Positions 1 through 13,497 of a stretch of 64,000 bases of DNA are shown here, in pieces (position 1 is the stretch's first letter; each line of letters begins with the position of its first letter). Source of the stretch: Gnetum montanum (Eukaryota; Plantae; Gnetophyta). A program made the position numbers and the translations under genes. The DNA is taken from NCBI GenBank assembly GCA_015680685.1, contig MNCI01001268.1:294640-358639 (forward strand), written 5' to 3'. The notes beneath the pieces were generated by a model. The model searched no databases. It was not told the DNA's origin and saw only the letters and a program-made list of their open reading frames with translations.

Positions 1-3000
1 ACCTTAAGTGTTATAATGAATAATCAATCATATGAATGCCAAAACCTCTAATTCTCTCACCCAAGGGATCATAACCATAATTATAAGCCATACATAAGGG
101 AAAAGAGGCTAATTAAAAAGGGTCACAAAAGAAGTTAACACTTTTTTGGGCACTTTTCTTGAATTTTTCTAACTCTGAAATCATATAAACTAAAGAACTT
201 AATAGAACTAAGGTCATGAGTAAGGTATAAATGTGTTCATGATGAATGATAGCACCTTAGTAACATCAAATCCTTGAATGATTACAAATGGCCTGAAAAA
301 GAGGAGGACAAGAAGGACCTTCTCAAGGTGTAAGAAAATTCCTAAAAGGCCAACTAGGAGAACAAGGCCTACTAGTTGAACATGAAGAATAGGAGGCCCA
401 GTCGTTTAGCATTCATTAAGAGGCTCTTGCTATAGGGTAGTCGGTCTAAGGGGAGGTTGTAGTGCCATAGGCCCTAGTGCAAGGACAATGCCTCACGTTG
501 TCCCAAGAATGCCTCAAAGCCATCCAAGAGAAATCCATGTTGACCATGGTCATCATGGAAATGAATTTTGGGCCATTCATGGAATTTTCCCTTGAGGTAA
601 TAAGAACTCAAGTTCAGGCGTCACCTCTATGGAATATTCTCTTTGAAAGTGGGAAATGGTACCTCAGTGAGACATACCAATTTTGACATAATAAGGAAGA
701 AGCACCACAGTCAACATTGGCAAGTTCTTTGTCTCTTTCTCAATTAAGGCCATTACAGAGGCTCTAAACATACCTAATGTGGGGGCCAAGGTGGTGCATC
801 TGTCCACAAGGTTTGATGCATAAACTAGAAAGTTGTGGCTAAAGCAAATGTATAACAAAGATAATAAAACATACAGTAAGTTAACTTTGGAAGAGAGGAC
901 TTATTTTAAGATCAGCACATACCATCTCTTCCTAATGAAAGAGTTTAATAGAATATCAACTTATGTGGCCAAAGGAAGTGCAATCTTGATGGGCAAATAC
1001 AATGCTAATCTTGCCTAGTTGCACTTCATGAAAATTCAAAGGTGGTTCAAGAAAAAGAAGGCAGGGAAGTTGACACTTCCATTCCCTTGCCTAATTAGAA
1101 AGTTGTGAAAGCATGTTGGAATCCCAAGTTACACAAATGATGTTCCTAGGAGGGCTTACAATACTTCCTTCATTGAGTTGCTCAAACTAGCATTGCCAAG
1201 GAAAGACCTTAGTAATGAACAAGAACTAAAGAAGGAGTTGAAACAAGAACTAGAAAAGGAGCCTAAGCAAGAACAAGTGCAACAGTAAGAGCCACAATTT
1301 CCACCACCACTGCTACAAGATTATAGGTCTGCAATGAGCCATCTATAAAGAATAGTTGAAACTCTTAGTTGGGGAAGTAGGAATGAATCAAATCTCTTCC
1401 AAGCCATCAATGATGCTATGTAGCCTATAGTTTCTATCAATCCATCAAGGGGGTAGATTTCTTTGCAATCATGAGGAGAAGCCCAATGGTCACAACATAT
1501 CTCTAGAAATAATGCATCTTTTTAAGTAATGCTTGAAATGGGAGAAGGTGCCATTGTTGTGGTCATGTAGCACCAAGATAAAATAGGCATATAAAAAGTT
1601 ATCATATACCATATTAAAGAATCTTTTAATGTGATTGTTGTGCCTCTAGTGGAATTCACTAGGACCAGAGATGCACAAATGTTAGTTGGAACTTCGATGA
1701 CTCCTGTGGTCCATGAGGATGTGCTCAATAGATTGCTACAGATTGAACAAGTGATGAAACCTCTTTTTGACATCTCCAGTGATGTCATTATAGTACAATT
1801 AGATATCATTGGCACAAAAAAGAAATTGGTCATGATAGAGACTAGGGTGGAGCATGCAGAAATAGAAGTGCATTGATTGCAACAAGAGCTCATCACCCTA
1901 AGAGCCAAAAGAAGAGATCCTTCCCAATTTGTTGCACTTGAGTAGATTGAGCAATTTTGAATAGAGTAGCTAAGTCGATTGATTGAGTAGAATAAATCTA
2001 CTGAAAAAGAAAAGAAGAAAGTAGTATGAAATGCCTCAGTAGTAGAAGCCTAAGCATATGCCCATAAGAAGGCATTGACTACTGCACAAGAGGAGAATAA
2101 ATATCTTACTGCTAATAATGTAAGGTTGATCACTGTAGAGAAACAGAAAATATCTTTGAAGAAAATGTCCACTTGTTGAAAGAACAAATAGTGAGGGTCA
2201 ACCAAGACATAAGTAGATTGGCCAAAGAAAATTGAACCCTCTTAATGAAGAAAGTCTACGCAATCCACCAAAAATTTGCAATTGAGATAAGCACATGGCA
2301 AAATGAGGCCAAGAAACATGAAAAGCTGAAGGAGCACTTCTAGAACCAAATTAGATTTTCAAGAAAATTAATGAAAAAGTAATCCAAATGTCAAAGGCCT
2401 TCATTAGTTCTATGTTAGCGTAGAATCCTGATTGGTAGCCCATCTTGGATAGCTTTGCCTTGGTCCACCAAGCGGAAGTGAAGAATAAGGACCTACAGAT
2501 TGAAGATTTGAAAGAGTACATGGCATTAGCTAATCTTCGCTACACCAACCTTGCCATGTTAACAACATGTTAGCCCAAAAATGAGTTGGAACAATAGGTA
2601 GTAGTGACTTACACCTTGTTTGAAAAAGAGTTTGTAGATAGGAAAAGTGCTCTACAAAAACTCCATGTGGCAAAGTTAAAATTAGAAGCAATTAAGGCTC
2701 GCTACCATGGGCAAAGAGATGTAGCCTTGGACCTAGCTAAAAGATTGATGAATCATCATGAACTAAAAGAAAAGGCTAAAGCTTTTGAGGAGGAATGATG
2801 GTAGTTCACAACATGGTACATGAAAGCAAATAATATGTTCCCACTATTGCTGTGTTCGTTGGATGTACCAATTCTAGCACACATTGGTTCATCAGCCTAG
2901 ATGGTATATGACCCAAGAATGCAGGAGGAGAAGTTACAAGTGCTCCTAAACCACTGAAAATTTTAGAAGCCTAACAACAAAGGGAAGTGGCCCATGGAAG

Positions 3001-3960
3001 AGCCAGCACCTCCAAGAACTACATGAGTTTCACTAGTTTTATTGTTTTGTTGTTTTGTCATGATGTGTCCATTTTGTGTAAAATACCATTATAGCATGAA
3101 AGAGTCAATTTTTGTGCATTTTAAGTCAATCAATAATTCCATACCTTCCCAATATTTTGTAATGAACTTGTTCCTCATTTTTTTAACTTGAGAAAAAGTT
3201 TTTAGTTAGTCATGGGGGCATGATGAGTCATGTTTTGTAGGGCCACAATATTGGGTATTCGATATCAGGGCCATGATGTTAGGTATTTGATATCGAGGCA
3301 CAACCTCTAATGCTAGGGATTTGATATTTCCCCTTCTATGCTAGCCTATAAATACCACACTTGGATGCATGGTTGGAATATACATTTTAGATAGATTTCA
3401 ATAGATTTCTTATTTTTAGTGCATGCCCATAGCATGATGTCAAATGATTGTATGACATCCTTATTCAAGTGTGACATACTTGGAGACGTTACATGATCAA
3501 AAATAAAGATTGAGATTAATTTCATCATTGCGTCATTCGCTTAGCTTTATTATTACTTTTAATTAGTTAAATTTTTACTATTTTCCTTAGTTAATGTTAT
3601 CATTTATTATCCTTTTTTATTCCTATCATTAAGTAGAATGAGTATGAATAATCGCAAGTGCTTAAGTGTAATTACTTGGTAGCCCAGTAGTGTATCATTT
3701 GGTATGCTTAGTAACGATACTCTTGGTAATCCTAGTGGTAGTTACGTGAAGTCCAAGGCATGTGCAGATGATTAGGAATGGATACTCATCGTACATAGGC
3801 TAGTGTAGACTTTATTTGCCATTGTTAATTAGGTTAAAAAATTACTTTCTTTAGTACCATTAGGAATAGCTTAGGGCCGAGCAACATCAATTATCATATG
3901 CCTCAAGCAAGACTAAAACATATGTGACAAAGCTACCACTAGTCCAAGTGGGAAGACAAG
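1..3960 (+). mobile_element. 3' part of an Athila-like Ty3/gypsy element: extra ORF, PPT and truncated 3' LTR
   Basis: TTAGTCATGGGGGCA ends at 3220 and is followed by TGATGAG at 3221. This is the same PPT/LTR junction as at 46629-46650 and 60855-60876. Downstream sequence resembles the other Athila LTRs here (e.g. TTGGTAATCCTAGTGG) and fades near 3960. Confidence 0.7.
480..3030 (+). pseudogene. Decayed Athila env-like / putative plant transposon protein ORF followed by a long coiled-coil-like segment
   Basis: Translation across stops gives VNIGKFFVSFSIKAITEALNIP (~710-780) and LPFPCLIRKL*KHVGIP (~1075-1125), matching the LPFPxLITxLC motif of Athila extra ORFs. E/K/Q/L-rich heptad-like stretches lie at 1800-2800. 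The region sits just upstream of the PPT. Confidence 0.55.
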
Positions 3961-4099
3961 AAAAGACTTTTGCTTTTTCATGCAACCAAGACCAACCTTT
4001 CAACCTAGAGCAAGACTCACTTAAAATGCAAACCATTTTCCTATACTTTATATTGATAAAAATGTATAGTCTTCTAGAGGTACTCATTCCTCAATTTTC

Positions 4100-4315
4100 A
4101 AACTTGTGCTTCCTAGTTGCAGTCACAATCCTATACTTCTCACTTGAAGTAGCAACCTAGTGCTTCCATCTTAGAGTCATAGTCATAATCCTATGGTTCC
4201 TACTTGGAGTCACAGTTACAATCTTGTGCTTCCTACTGTAAGACATAGTCAAGAACAAATATTTCCTACTTAGATTTGCCATCAAGAACATGTATTCTCT
4301 ACTCAAAGTCACTCC

Positions 4316-4374
<59 letters not shown>

Positions 4375-4695
4375 GTACTCTCTTTTCGTTACAAGAATCA
4401 ATTCATGATAGAAACAATGGCACTAGACTAACCACAATCCTATGCTCCCTACTCAAAAACATAGTCATAATCTTGTGCTTTCTACTCAAAGTTATAGTCA
4501 TGATCCTATGTTGTTTACTCAAAGTCACAGTCACAATCTTGTACTTCCTACTCGAAGAGATAATTAAGAACAAATACTATCAACTTAGAGTTACTCCACC
4601 ATACTTTCTCCCTCTCCATCTACTCATGCACACATGCTCTTTTTTTTTTTAATAGAAATCAACTCATGAAGGAATTTGTGGCACCAAGACAACTA
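4100..4695. repeat. Degenerate 33-bp tandem repeat arranged as two ~280-bp higher-order units
   Basis: Consecutive units AGTCATAATCTTGTGCTTTCTACTCAAAGTTAT / AGTCATGATCCTATGTTGTTTACTCAAAGTCAC / AGTCACAATCTTGTACTTCCTACTCGAAGAGAT. Both blocks end with AAGAACAAATA...ACTCCAC...AATCAAYTCATGA...TGGCAC. Confidence 0.7.
4319..4372. repeat. (TC)27 microsatellite
   Basis: Perfect TC run seen directly. Confidence 0.98.
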
Positions 4696-4696
4696 T

Positions 4697-5690
4697 GTGA
4701 TGTAGGGACACCTTTTCTAATCCTCTTTATTCTTCTCTACATTTGTGTTTGTAGGTTTCAAGCTTGATTAAGACATCTTAGAAAATAAGAAGACGTTTTG
4801 GCTAAGGTCTAGGGTTGATAGAAGATTTCTTTAGGTGAGAGAAGGCATCTTGTTGATTTTGCTAATGTCTTGGACAAGACGTCTTGGCCTAGGAGAAGAT
4901 GTCTCAGGCAAGACATCTTGTCCTTGCAAGAGATGTCTCAGGCAAGATGTCTTGCTAATGAAGAAGACATCTTGTCTCCAAAGGATATGCCTTCCCTGAG
5001 AGCTAGGTTTTTGCAAGAAATGTCTTGACAAGGCTAGAGATGACACATATGATCAGGGAAGCTTCTAAAAACACCTATCCCAATTCGAGAAACAACCTAA
5101 GAAATGTGTAAAATGATCAAAAGATCCTGGGAGAAGATGAGGAGACTTTGGAAATAACTAAAGTACCTCAAGTTGAGTTGAGGGAAGGTTTGTAGGTATT
5201 TTATCTCCTTGTTGTTCATAAATGTTGATGTAATTCACATAATTGAGTGTGAATGAGTGATAGAAAGAGTTGTGAGATAAGCTTGGACAAGGTATGGGAG
5301 AGCACATTGAGTGAGTGCATAGAGATTGCAACTCCAAGGTCGATTGTGTAGACCTATGTGTTCTAGTCTTGCTTATATGTTGAGATCTCATTTCCAAGTT
5401 GTGGGAGAACCTCTCTATCGGTTATGTCTTGCATTGAGAATAGCCATTGTATGGTTTTAGAGCCTCATGCTCTATAATATCATTTGAATGTGAATGGTTT
5501 TAGATGTTTTTGGGTTTTAAGAACCATGTTATAATCTTATAATCAATTAATTAAAGATAGCTAGTTTTCTTGTTTTCTAGCAACATGTTTTGTCTTCGCA
5601 TAATATCTAGATTTAGTATTTGAAGGTGATTAATTAGTGGAGTGAACCTCCTCTTTTATGTTCTAATCCTCTTGGCACATGCTAACTTGT
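4697..5690 (+). mobile_element. LTR-like fragment with an array of AAGACGTCTT-type palindromes
   Basis: CAAGACGTCTTG at ~4875 and many deaminated variants (AAGACATCTT, AAGATGTCT) between 4770 and 5030, followed by LTR-like sequence. No partner LTR or TSD found. Confidence 0.45.
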
Positions 5691-5699
5691 TTAAAATCT

Positions 5700-7364
5700 A
5701 GATTCTCCAACTTACACTAAGGTGATCATGTCCTCATGTACATGCTAAATGAAATCCAAAAGCCTCATCTCTTTATCTTCATCATCCTCATTGGAAATCA
5801 TCAACAAAGCATGAGACTAATGCTTAATTACATTCAACTTGTAATTCTTGTCTAGTCCATTATCACCACTTCTTAATTGAACATTCTAAGAGCATTCTTG
5901 AGCATAATGCTCTCCACCATAAATGTAGCATTTTAAACCTTGACTCTTTAGAGGATATTGAGAGAACCCTCTAAAATGTAGTCATTTATTCCACAACTTA
6001 TTCTACTCTTAAGAAGCTTATCATTTTTCATATCTCATGAAAGATTTTTTTTTACTTGGAGCTATGATAGTATATGAGCATCTAAAACCGCTAGAATAAG
6101 CCTGCCCATCCCCTCTCTAAGACTTATTACTCTCTTTATTGTTCTTAAGTAGCTACTCCACTGCACTCTTATCATTCTTTCCCACCTTGTAATCAATCAA
6201 ACTACCAACAACATAGATAATCTCCCTAAGTCCTGTGATTTTGTGAGTTTTAAGTTCACACTAAATCCAAGGTTTAAGGTTATTGAGAAAAATTCTATAT
6301 TTGTTATCCTCATCCATGTTCGAGATTTATATAGTAATATTTCCTAAACAAATTCCTTTAGATCTTCCATGTGTTGATTCTCCTTTAGCTTCACCTAAGC
6401 TTTGTCAATGGAAGTGCCTAAATGAAAGTTCTTAATCAAGACTTTTTTAAATTGTTCCCAAATCCTAATGGATCTCTCGATCCCTCCTTTCTCTTCTTGA
6501 AGAATGCCAAGCCACTAGGCTTTTGCTATTCCACCCAAGAATTGGATAGTGATACATCTTTAGGAACTCTTTTGCCTTAAAGAAGAAAGCATCAATAATA
6601 GTATCATCTATATCACATTCATAATTTTTTGGTTATTTTGGCTGAAAATTAGAAACTAATTAACTCAAACCTTATGTTAGTGCCCTTGCCTGCATGACCA
6701 TATGATCTTCACAACCACAATCTTATCTGCCAATTACTTTTTCAAGGCCTTAATCTCATTTTGTTGGCTCTAAAACAAGGCTTATTGAATTTCTAACAAT
6801 AATCACAACTCCTATTTTTTATCCTAATGTTCCTAGTTCGTAAGTTAGAGATCATCAATATCATCTCCAAGTTACTCCACCTAGTTTCTTGGCACAAAGT
6901 TTTGAGTTAGGGAAAATTTGTATTTGATCCTAGAGCCCAACTTTGATAGGAAAAGAACTTCCATTTGATCAACTAGTTCTTAAATCATATGAACCTTTTC
7001 TACTGTAAGTAGACTAAGCATGATGATGTTATCAACTTGCAACAATTTCCCTCATAATTCTTGCATCTTTTCTAGGAATTTATTAATATTCCTTTCAATA
7101 GTCATTTTCAAATCCTCATTTTCATGCACATCCTCATACACATTCTTATTGTTGATACCTCCTCATACACATGACTACCCCAATCACCATCTCTAACTAG
7201 TTCATTGTGAGGATTAGGATCAAGAGGAGTATTGCTAAGATTTTGGCTCCATTTACTCTTCTTTTTGTGTACCATAGAAACACAAAAATCATGAACAATA
7301 ATTCATGAATAGTGAATCATGAACCATCACTAGCCTTGAATTGTAAACCACAACTCTAATACCA
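5700..7364 (-). mobile_element. Ty3/gypsy gag remnant with tRNA-iMet PBS
   Basis: Minus strand TGGTATTAGAGT (7353-7364) lies next to an LTR end (TGTAACA at 7367 on +). Gag-like LGGIAKA*WL...WEQFKKVL at ~6440-6540 and zinc-knuckle remnant KCYIYGGEHYAQEC at ~5890-5935. Confidence 0.7.
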
Positions 7365-7366
7365 AG

Positions 7367-10300
7367 TGTAACAGCATTGGTCTAGAGAAGCATAGTTCAA
7401 CATCACCCTTAAGTCCAAAACTAGCCAAGTATCCTTAAATGGACCCAATATGGACTATGATACAACATTCTTAGCACTTGCATACGCAACATAAGTGTAT
7501 GTAACACATTAATTCATAGGTTAGGAGTGTAGTGAGTACTTCTTATGAAATCATATAAGTGACATGACCAACATGACACACACACATGATCATAGCAAAT
7601 ACAAGTAACTACACAAGAGACACCATTTCCTTATAAGAGCTAAGATGTATTTCTACTTTAACACATCTAGCACTAAGCCCCACTCTGAATAGAAATGTGG
7701 TTGTCCAAGCTAGAGAGGTGAAGAATTCCCAATAAGCCTATATATTTTTATGATAAGCTTCACAAAGGAATTAGGGCCATGTAATTATTTAGTAATGGTT
7801 GTAATAGCATAGAATCCGATGAGGATCTTCACACTCCTCTAGCCCCTATTCTAGAGGGGAACAACCTTCGATTGATCAAGGTTTTCCTATTAGCATTTAG
7901 TACTATCATTTAAGTATTCATGACCCAAGATATCCTACCTACAACATGGAAGATACATTCATTCATTATTTTTTTAACTTATCCCTTTGCTTATAGCTTT
8001 TAGACTTGGTGTAGTAAGTATTTAAATGGTTTTCAACTAAGATTAGATGAAGTTTTATTTCATGACACTCCTCAACTTGGACTTGGTGTTGGAACCCAAA
8101 TTTTTTTTTAAAAAAATAATATTTACTCTTAATACATATAGTCAAATTATAAGGGACTCATTTGAGTGATGGTAAGGCACTCTTTTCTCAAGTTGGAAGA
8201 CATGGATTTAAGCCTAGGCATAGCCACGTAAAGATGTTGCACATTACACTTTTTCTCATCCATAGACTCTTCTAGGACTCACTTAGTGAGATGAGTATTA
8301 AGATTTGAGTGAGGATGCTTTATAGATAGTTAAATTAGAACTTTATAACTCAACATTACCCATCAAAACTGAACCCATGACTTGAAGCTTCCAAATCAAG
8401 AGTCTTATCACTAGCCATGCACCCTACTAGGGATATTGTCATGTTTCATATTCATATTGGTGTTGGAACCTCAAATAATTGAAACATAGGTATACTCTAA
8501 GATTTATAAACATTTATAACTCAATGCTACCTAGTAGAATTGAACTAGTAACCTAGCGTTACCAGGCTAAGACTCGTACCACTAGGAAAACATCTCATTG
8601 TTTATTTCATGTTCATGTTAGTGATACATTACTTGGTTGATTAAAATATGCAACTTATGATTTCCAAATTCTAAGTCACAAATTTAATTCCATGTATACT
8701 ATGTTTAACAAAAGTATTATGTAAGTCCATGTTGAGGGGTAACTTGATGAGAAATAGTAGGAAAAGGATTTGATGAAATAAAAAGAAAAACAATGGAGAT
8801 CGAAGAAATAAAAAAAAGAGAAAGATGCAAGGAGGAAAATCAAAGAGGATACTTTAATAATGGTAGAGATTAGATTAGGTTCTTATATAAAGAAGGAAAA
8901 TGGATTTATATCTTATAAAAGGTTATAGGACTAAGAATTATAAAAGGATAGACTTGCACCTAAGGGATAAAGAAATGTTAACGATAACTTAATACTTTAA
9001 TGGAAAAGTAATGTTAACATCAGCTTTCTTATAAAACCAACATGAGAAGACAAATGAATCTATGTGAAAGAAGAACAAAAATGTCAACTTTAAGAAAGTG
9101 ATGTTTGAAATTGATATGTTATTTTTAAACATAGGCACATAAAGTGATAGAATAAACATTGAATATGAAATTGACATTAACTTAGGGTAGAAGTTGATGT
9201 AGATAATAGAAAATTCAAAATGATGAGGGGAAAGCTAGAAAGGAACCTAGATGAATAAGTACACACATACATACAAATGATCCTATGCACTTGATACTAC
9301 AATCCCTCCTTCTAATGCTAAAGATGCTGTGGAAAATTGTTCCATGAATAGACTCCACACAACAACTTGCCCTCATCAAAATAATTTGTCTAATTTGTAA
9401 TCATAAATGATCTTTGAAATGGATATTTTAATGTACTCCAATTAATTGTGACTTCTAAATTGCATAATGCTTATCAAGAGAGGAAACAATAAAGAAAGAA
9501 AAGCAATTAGATCCTTAACTTTATTATTATTCATAAGATAAAAGTAAAAATATTGGTTACTAGCATAAATGTTCCTGCAAAAGTAAATGTAAATACCAAT
9601 CATATAAAAATAAAAGAAAGAGAAATAAAGCCCACAAAGTGTACTTTATGGAAATTGTAAAGAACAAAATTAGATATTAAAGTATTGAAAGAGAAAAGTG
9701 CTTTTCTTGAAGAAAATCTTGGAAGAGAACTAAGTTGAAAAATGATAAAGGCCAAGGAGACTAGTGTTGCAAACCTTCAAACTGAATGATATTAACTTAA
9801 GCTAATGCTAAGAAGAAACATCATTTTTGGAGTCAAATTAAAAATTAAATTTTAAGAGGTGACATATATGACCTCAAGGTTAAAAGTGATGTGACTTTCA
9901 TTTATTTTCTGAAATTGGATGATTGATCTCAAATCATCTATTATTAAGACGGTTGATGAGACAAGCTTAAAGTGATCCCTAAAATAACCAAGAATTTTCA
10001 AACAAAGCATTGTAAAAGTGTTGGTTTTAGAAGCTTAATTGTTAGTTTTAGGATGAAAAATGACGAGCTGAGGCCACCTATTTATAGACCAAGAAAACCA
10101 AAATTTTGGGCTTGAGAATTAATGGTAAAAGTGATGTGAACATCAAGTTTGGTGTCACTTTAAAACTAATGATCATAATGTGTTAGGATAAGTGACTCTA
10201 AAAGTAATGTTGAATATAAACTTTGACATTAATTTGCTAAGTATATAAAAATAACACTAATTGTTAACTTTGGCATTTTTGCTGAGCTTGAAAAAAATGA

Positions 10301-10830
10301 CACAAAAACCAACATGAAACATAAATTTTATCATTGGTTCATAAATTGATGATGAAAGTGATGTTGGTTGTCAAATTTAATGTTGATTTTTATTTTTATT
10401 TTATTTTTGGAAACCAGAAAATATAAGGGTTGGTAGCACAGCCCACTAACCATAGCAAAGTAGATGTAACCCATTAAACAAGAGAGTCCTACCATAAGGC
10501 TAATCCATTGTGTTACATCCTTAACTTTTATAATTAGAATATATATCATTGAAGATAAAACTAACATCAAAAGATACCACTTCTAGAAAAGTTAGATGAA
10601 GTTGATGTAGAAAGTGATGTTGGTTGTCAATGTTAGCACAAATTTGAAGATGATACTATTAGAGATGATGATAGGAATAGGAAAACTAATGTTAATGCCA
10701 AAGATATGTTCAAAATTAAACACATGTTGAAAAGAAAAACATAAGCTCCAACAATTATATTCTTTGAAATAGGAAATAAAACTAAGTTCTATTCTAAATC
10801 CTTCAAAACTCACCTAACCTAGTTATACTC
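7367..10830 (-). mobile_element. Probable long LTR-derived region (5' LTR of the iMet-primed element), possibly composite
   Basis: Starts at TG beside the PBS. Minus-strand TATA CTATAAATAGG at ~10077-10087 and repeated AAAGTGATGTT/AACATCA motifs at 9000-10650. Right end not defined. Confidence 0.35.
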
Positions 10831-11149
10831 AAAGATATACATATACTTATTGTTAAAGTGGGAAAGAGTGATGATGATTGGTCAATTTACCTATAAGATA
10901 CTACAAATCAACACATGGTTACTCATTAATCTTCAATCTTCTTTACAAGACCAACAACAAGATCAATACTTGTCTAGCTTATCTTAAGAGTTTAAAGAGA
11001 AAAAAATGTTGAAATAGATGGGGAGAAAAGTTTGAGAAAGTTTCAAAGTTTATTTAAGATATATTCATAGACTAAAAATCATGTAGAGGATGACTTCATC
11101 TCACATTTGATAGAAAAACTTCTAACTTCTCTAAAGCAAATTAGTATGC

Positions 11150-12420
11150 TCATTGAAGAAATGCCATGGACTTAGAGTATCAAGCTCTAATAAAAAATGA
11201 CATTTGAGATTTGTTAGATTTATCATTTAAAGATAACCCTTTGACAAAAAAATGAGTGTATTGAATAAAATATAATGTTGATGGTACACTAAATAAACAC
11301 AAAACCCATGTTGTTACCATTATCTTCTAGCAAGTATTAATTTTAAGGAAATCTTTGCTCTAACTAGCAAGTGGAAAACTGTTAGAAATCATATAGCATT
11401 AGCATCTAAAAAGGATGAAAGTTGCATTTTTTAGACATAAAAATAACGTTTTTAACTAGCAAGTTTAAATAAGAAATCTATATACTTCAACGTAAAGGCT
11501 CTAAGATTCCTAGTAAAGTGCAAAAGGTTTGCTATGTAAGGAAGTTACTATTTGTACTTAAATAAATAAGGTACTAGAGCTTGGTATAGAAATCTATCAA
11601 CACATTTGAACTTCGTAAATAGGATTTAAGTTATGTAGCTACCAAGGTAATGATGGTACCTCTCCACCAAAAAAAAGTAAAGAAAAAGTAACTTATGTCA
11701 ATAACTTTATGCATGATATGCTAATATTAGGTAATGATGAAAAAGAAGTAATAGAATTTAAGAAAATTTTAAGATTAAGTTTTCAAATCTCTAATCTTGA
11801 TCTTGTCAAGTTTTACCTTAGAGTGAAGATATTACAAATAAATAAGAGCATTATTCATACACAAAGAAAAAACATTGAAAATCTTTTCCAATCTTTTGAT
11901 ATAGTGCATGCTTATCCAATTGTCATACCTATGCCTTAAGAAAATAAGTTCATTTCATATGATGACATTGAACTCACATGAAACTAAGTAGGTAGCCTTA
12001 TCTATTTACCTATCTCTTAATTTGATATTAGCTATATTGTTATACATTGTCTAGATATATGCAAACTCCACTTGAAAGTCATATATATAAATGCAACTCT
12101 TCGTATTTTTAAATATCTTTAAAAGACTCACAAGTTAGAGTTGTTTTCTAAAAGAAATGCAGATTGTAGGATAAAATCATATTCCAACTCTATGTTGTGG
12201 ATAGAAATATATCTTAGTTGACATGTAGATATGTGACCTTTTTTTTTCTTTTGGGAGAATCACCTACCACTTGGAAATCTAATACATAATGAAATAGAAA
12301 GCTAAGAGAGTTTTCTTAAGAAAACTTCCTAATGTTATTGGTTTTTAACAAAAAGATGAACAATATTTTTATGTTGGCAATCTAAGCTACCATCTCAAAA
12401 TCTAGTGTATCATGATTCGA
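11150..12420 (+). mobile_element. Highly decayed Ty1/copia RT-RNaseH remnant
   Basis: VY*IKYNVDGTLNKHKTHVV (~11257-11315, cf. WVFKIKYNxDGxIxRYKARLV), LDIKITFLTS (cf. MDVKTAFLNG) and MHDMLILGNDEKEV (cf. YVDDxLIxG) appear in copia order. Confidence 0.8.
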
Positions 12421-12495
12421 GTTGGAATTTGAGACCATTTTTAGGCATCTTTCAATAATCTTAGCATAAAATATGCTAATTTTTTAATGTGAAGC

Positions 12496-13497
12496 TATTC
12501 ATTCATAAATTTTGGACATGTCAACACCTAAAAAACTTATTTATGGAGACTATTGCCTAGGGCACCTCCTATATGGGTATGGAAACCTAGGAATAGTCTC
12601 AACTAGTAGGGCAATGTGATGTTTCGTGACATATAAAGATGCTGGTAAGTTAAATGATTTTAACAAAGAAATATAGAAGGTATTTTAAGATAATTTTGAT
12701 AGAAAAAAAAACCATTTTATTTTTAAATTTTGAACAATAAAACTTGTGTATCAATAAAATGTGAAATTAAAGCAAGAAATAGCTAATAGCTTAGACAAGA
12801 TTAATCTGAGTTTTGAAGTAAAATGGATTCTGTGTTTAATCCATAGCACAAAGACCAAATTTTAGTTGTAGAAATATAAAATGATAGAATGAAATGATGA
12901 CTTAGCTAAAAAACAAGCACAAATGAAATGACTCTTCGTGTAGCCTTACCTACCAGCGCTTATAAGAAGCACACCTCTTCTAAGGAGGCTACAACATTCG
13001 ACCGTTGAATCTACCTATTGAATCTATCCATTGATCTTCCCTGAACTGCCTCTAGGAGAGCCACCAAATAGGTAAAAAAATTAAGAGAGAACCCTGGCAT
13101 TTTCACCATGACTCCACTTGGAAAAAACCCCACCACCATAGCTAGCTTTTTGCTTCCCTTCCATGTCCATGTTGCAGCTACCTGGGGAATTTATAAAGAC
13201 TGGTTTGGCACATGAGGAGCCACCACCTATGCGCAATAGCTATGATAATTACTACTCATGCATAACATCCATTGTAACATCCACTGCCACCATCCATGCA
13301 TAACATCCACTGTAATGTTCACTACCACCAAATTTTAGAAAGGGTTCATGGGATTTCCCCCTCTTACTTCTCTCTTCTATTGTTGCTATTATAATTAATT
13401 TGCACTAGGTTATAACCTATAGAATTTCTAATTATTATGGAATTGGAACTTAATAGTCATGGCCCTGTGCCTAGCATGAATGATGTTGACATCAACA
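12496..13497 (-). repeat. 3' LTR of the Tat/Ogre-like element
   Basis: Begins TGTTGATGTCAAC on minus and is collinear with the split 5' LTR. Confidence 0.85.
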
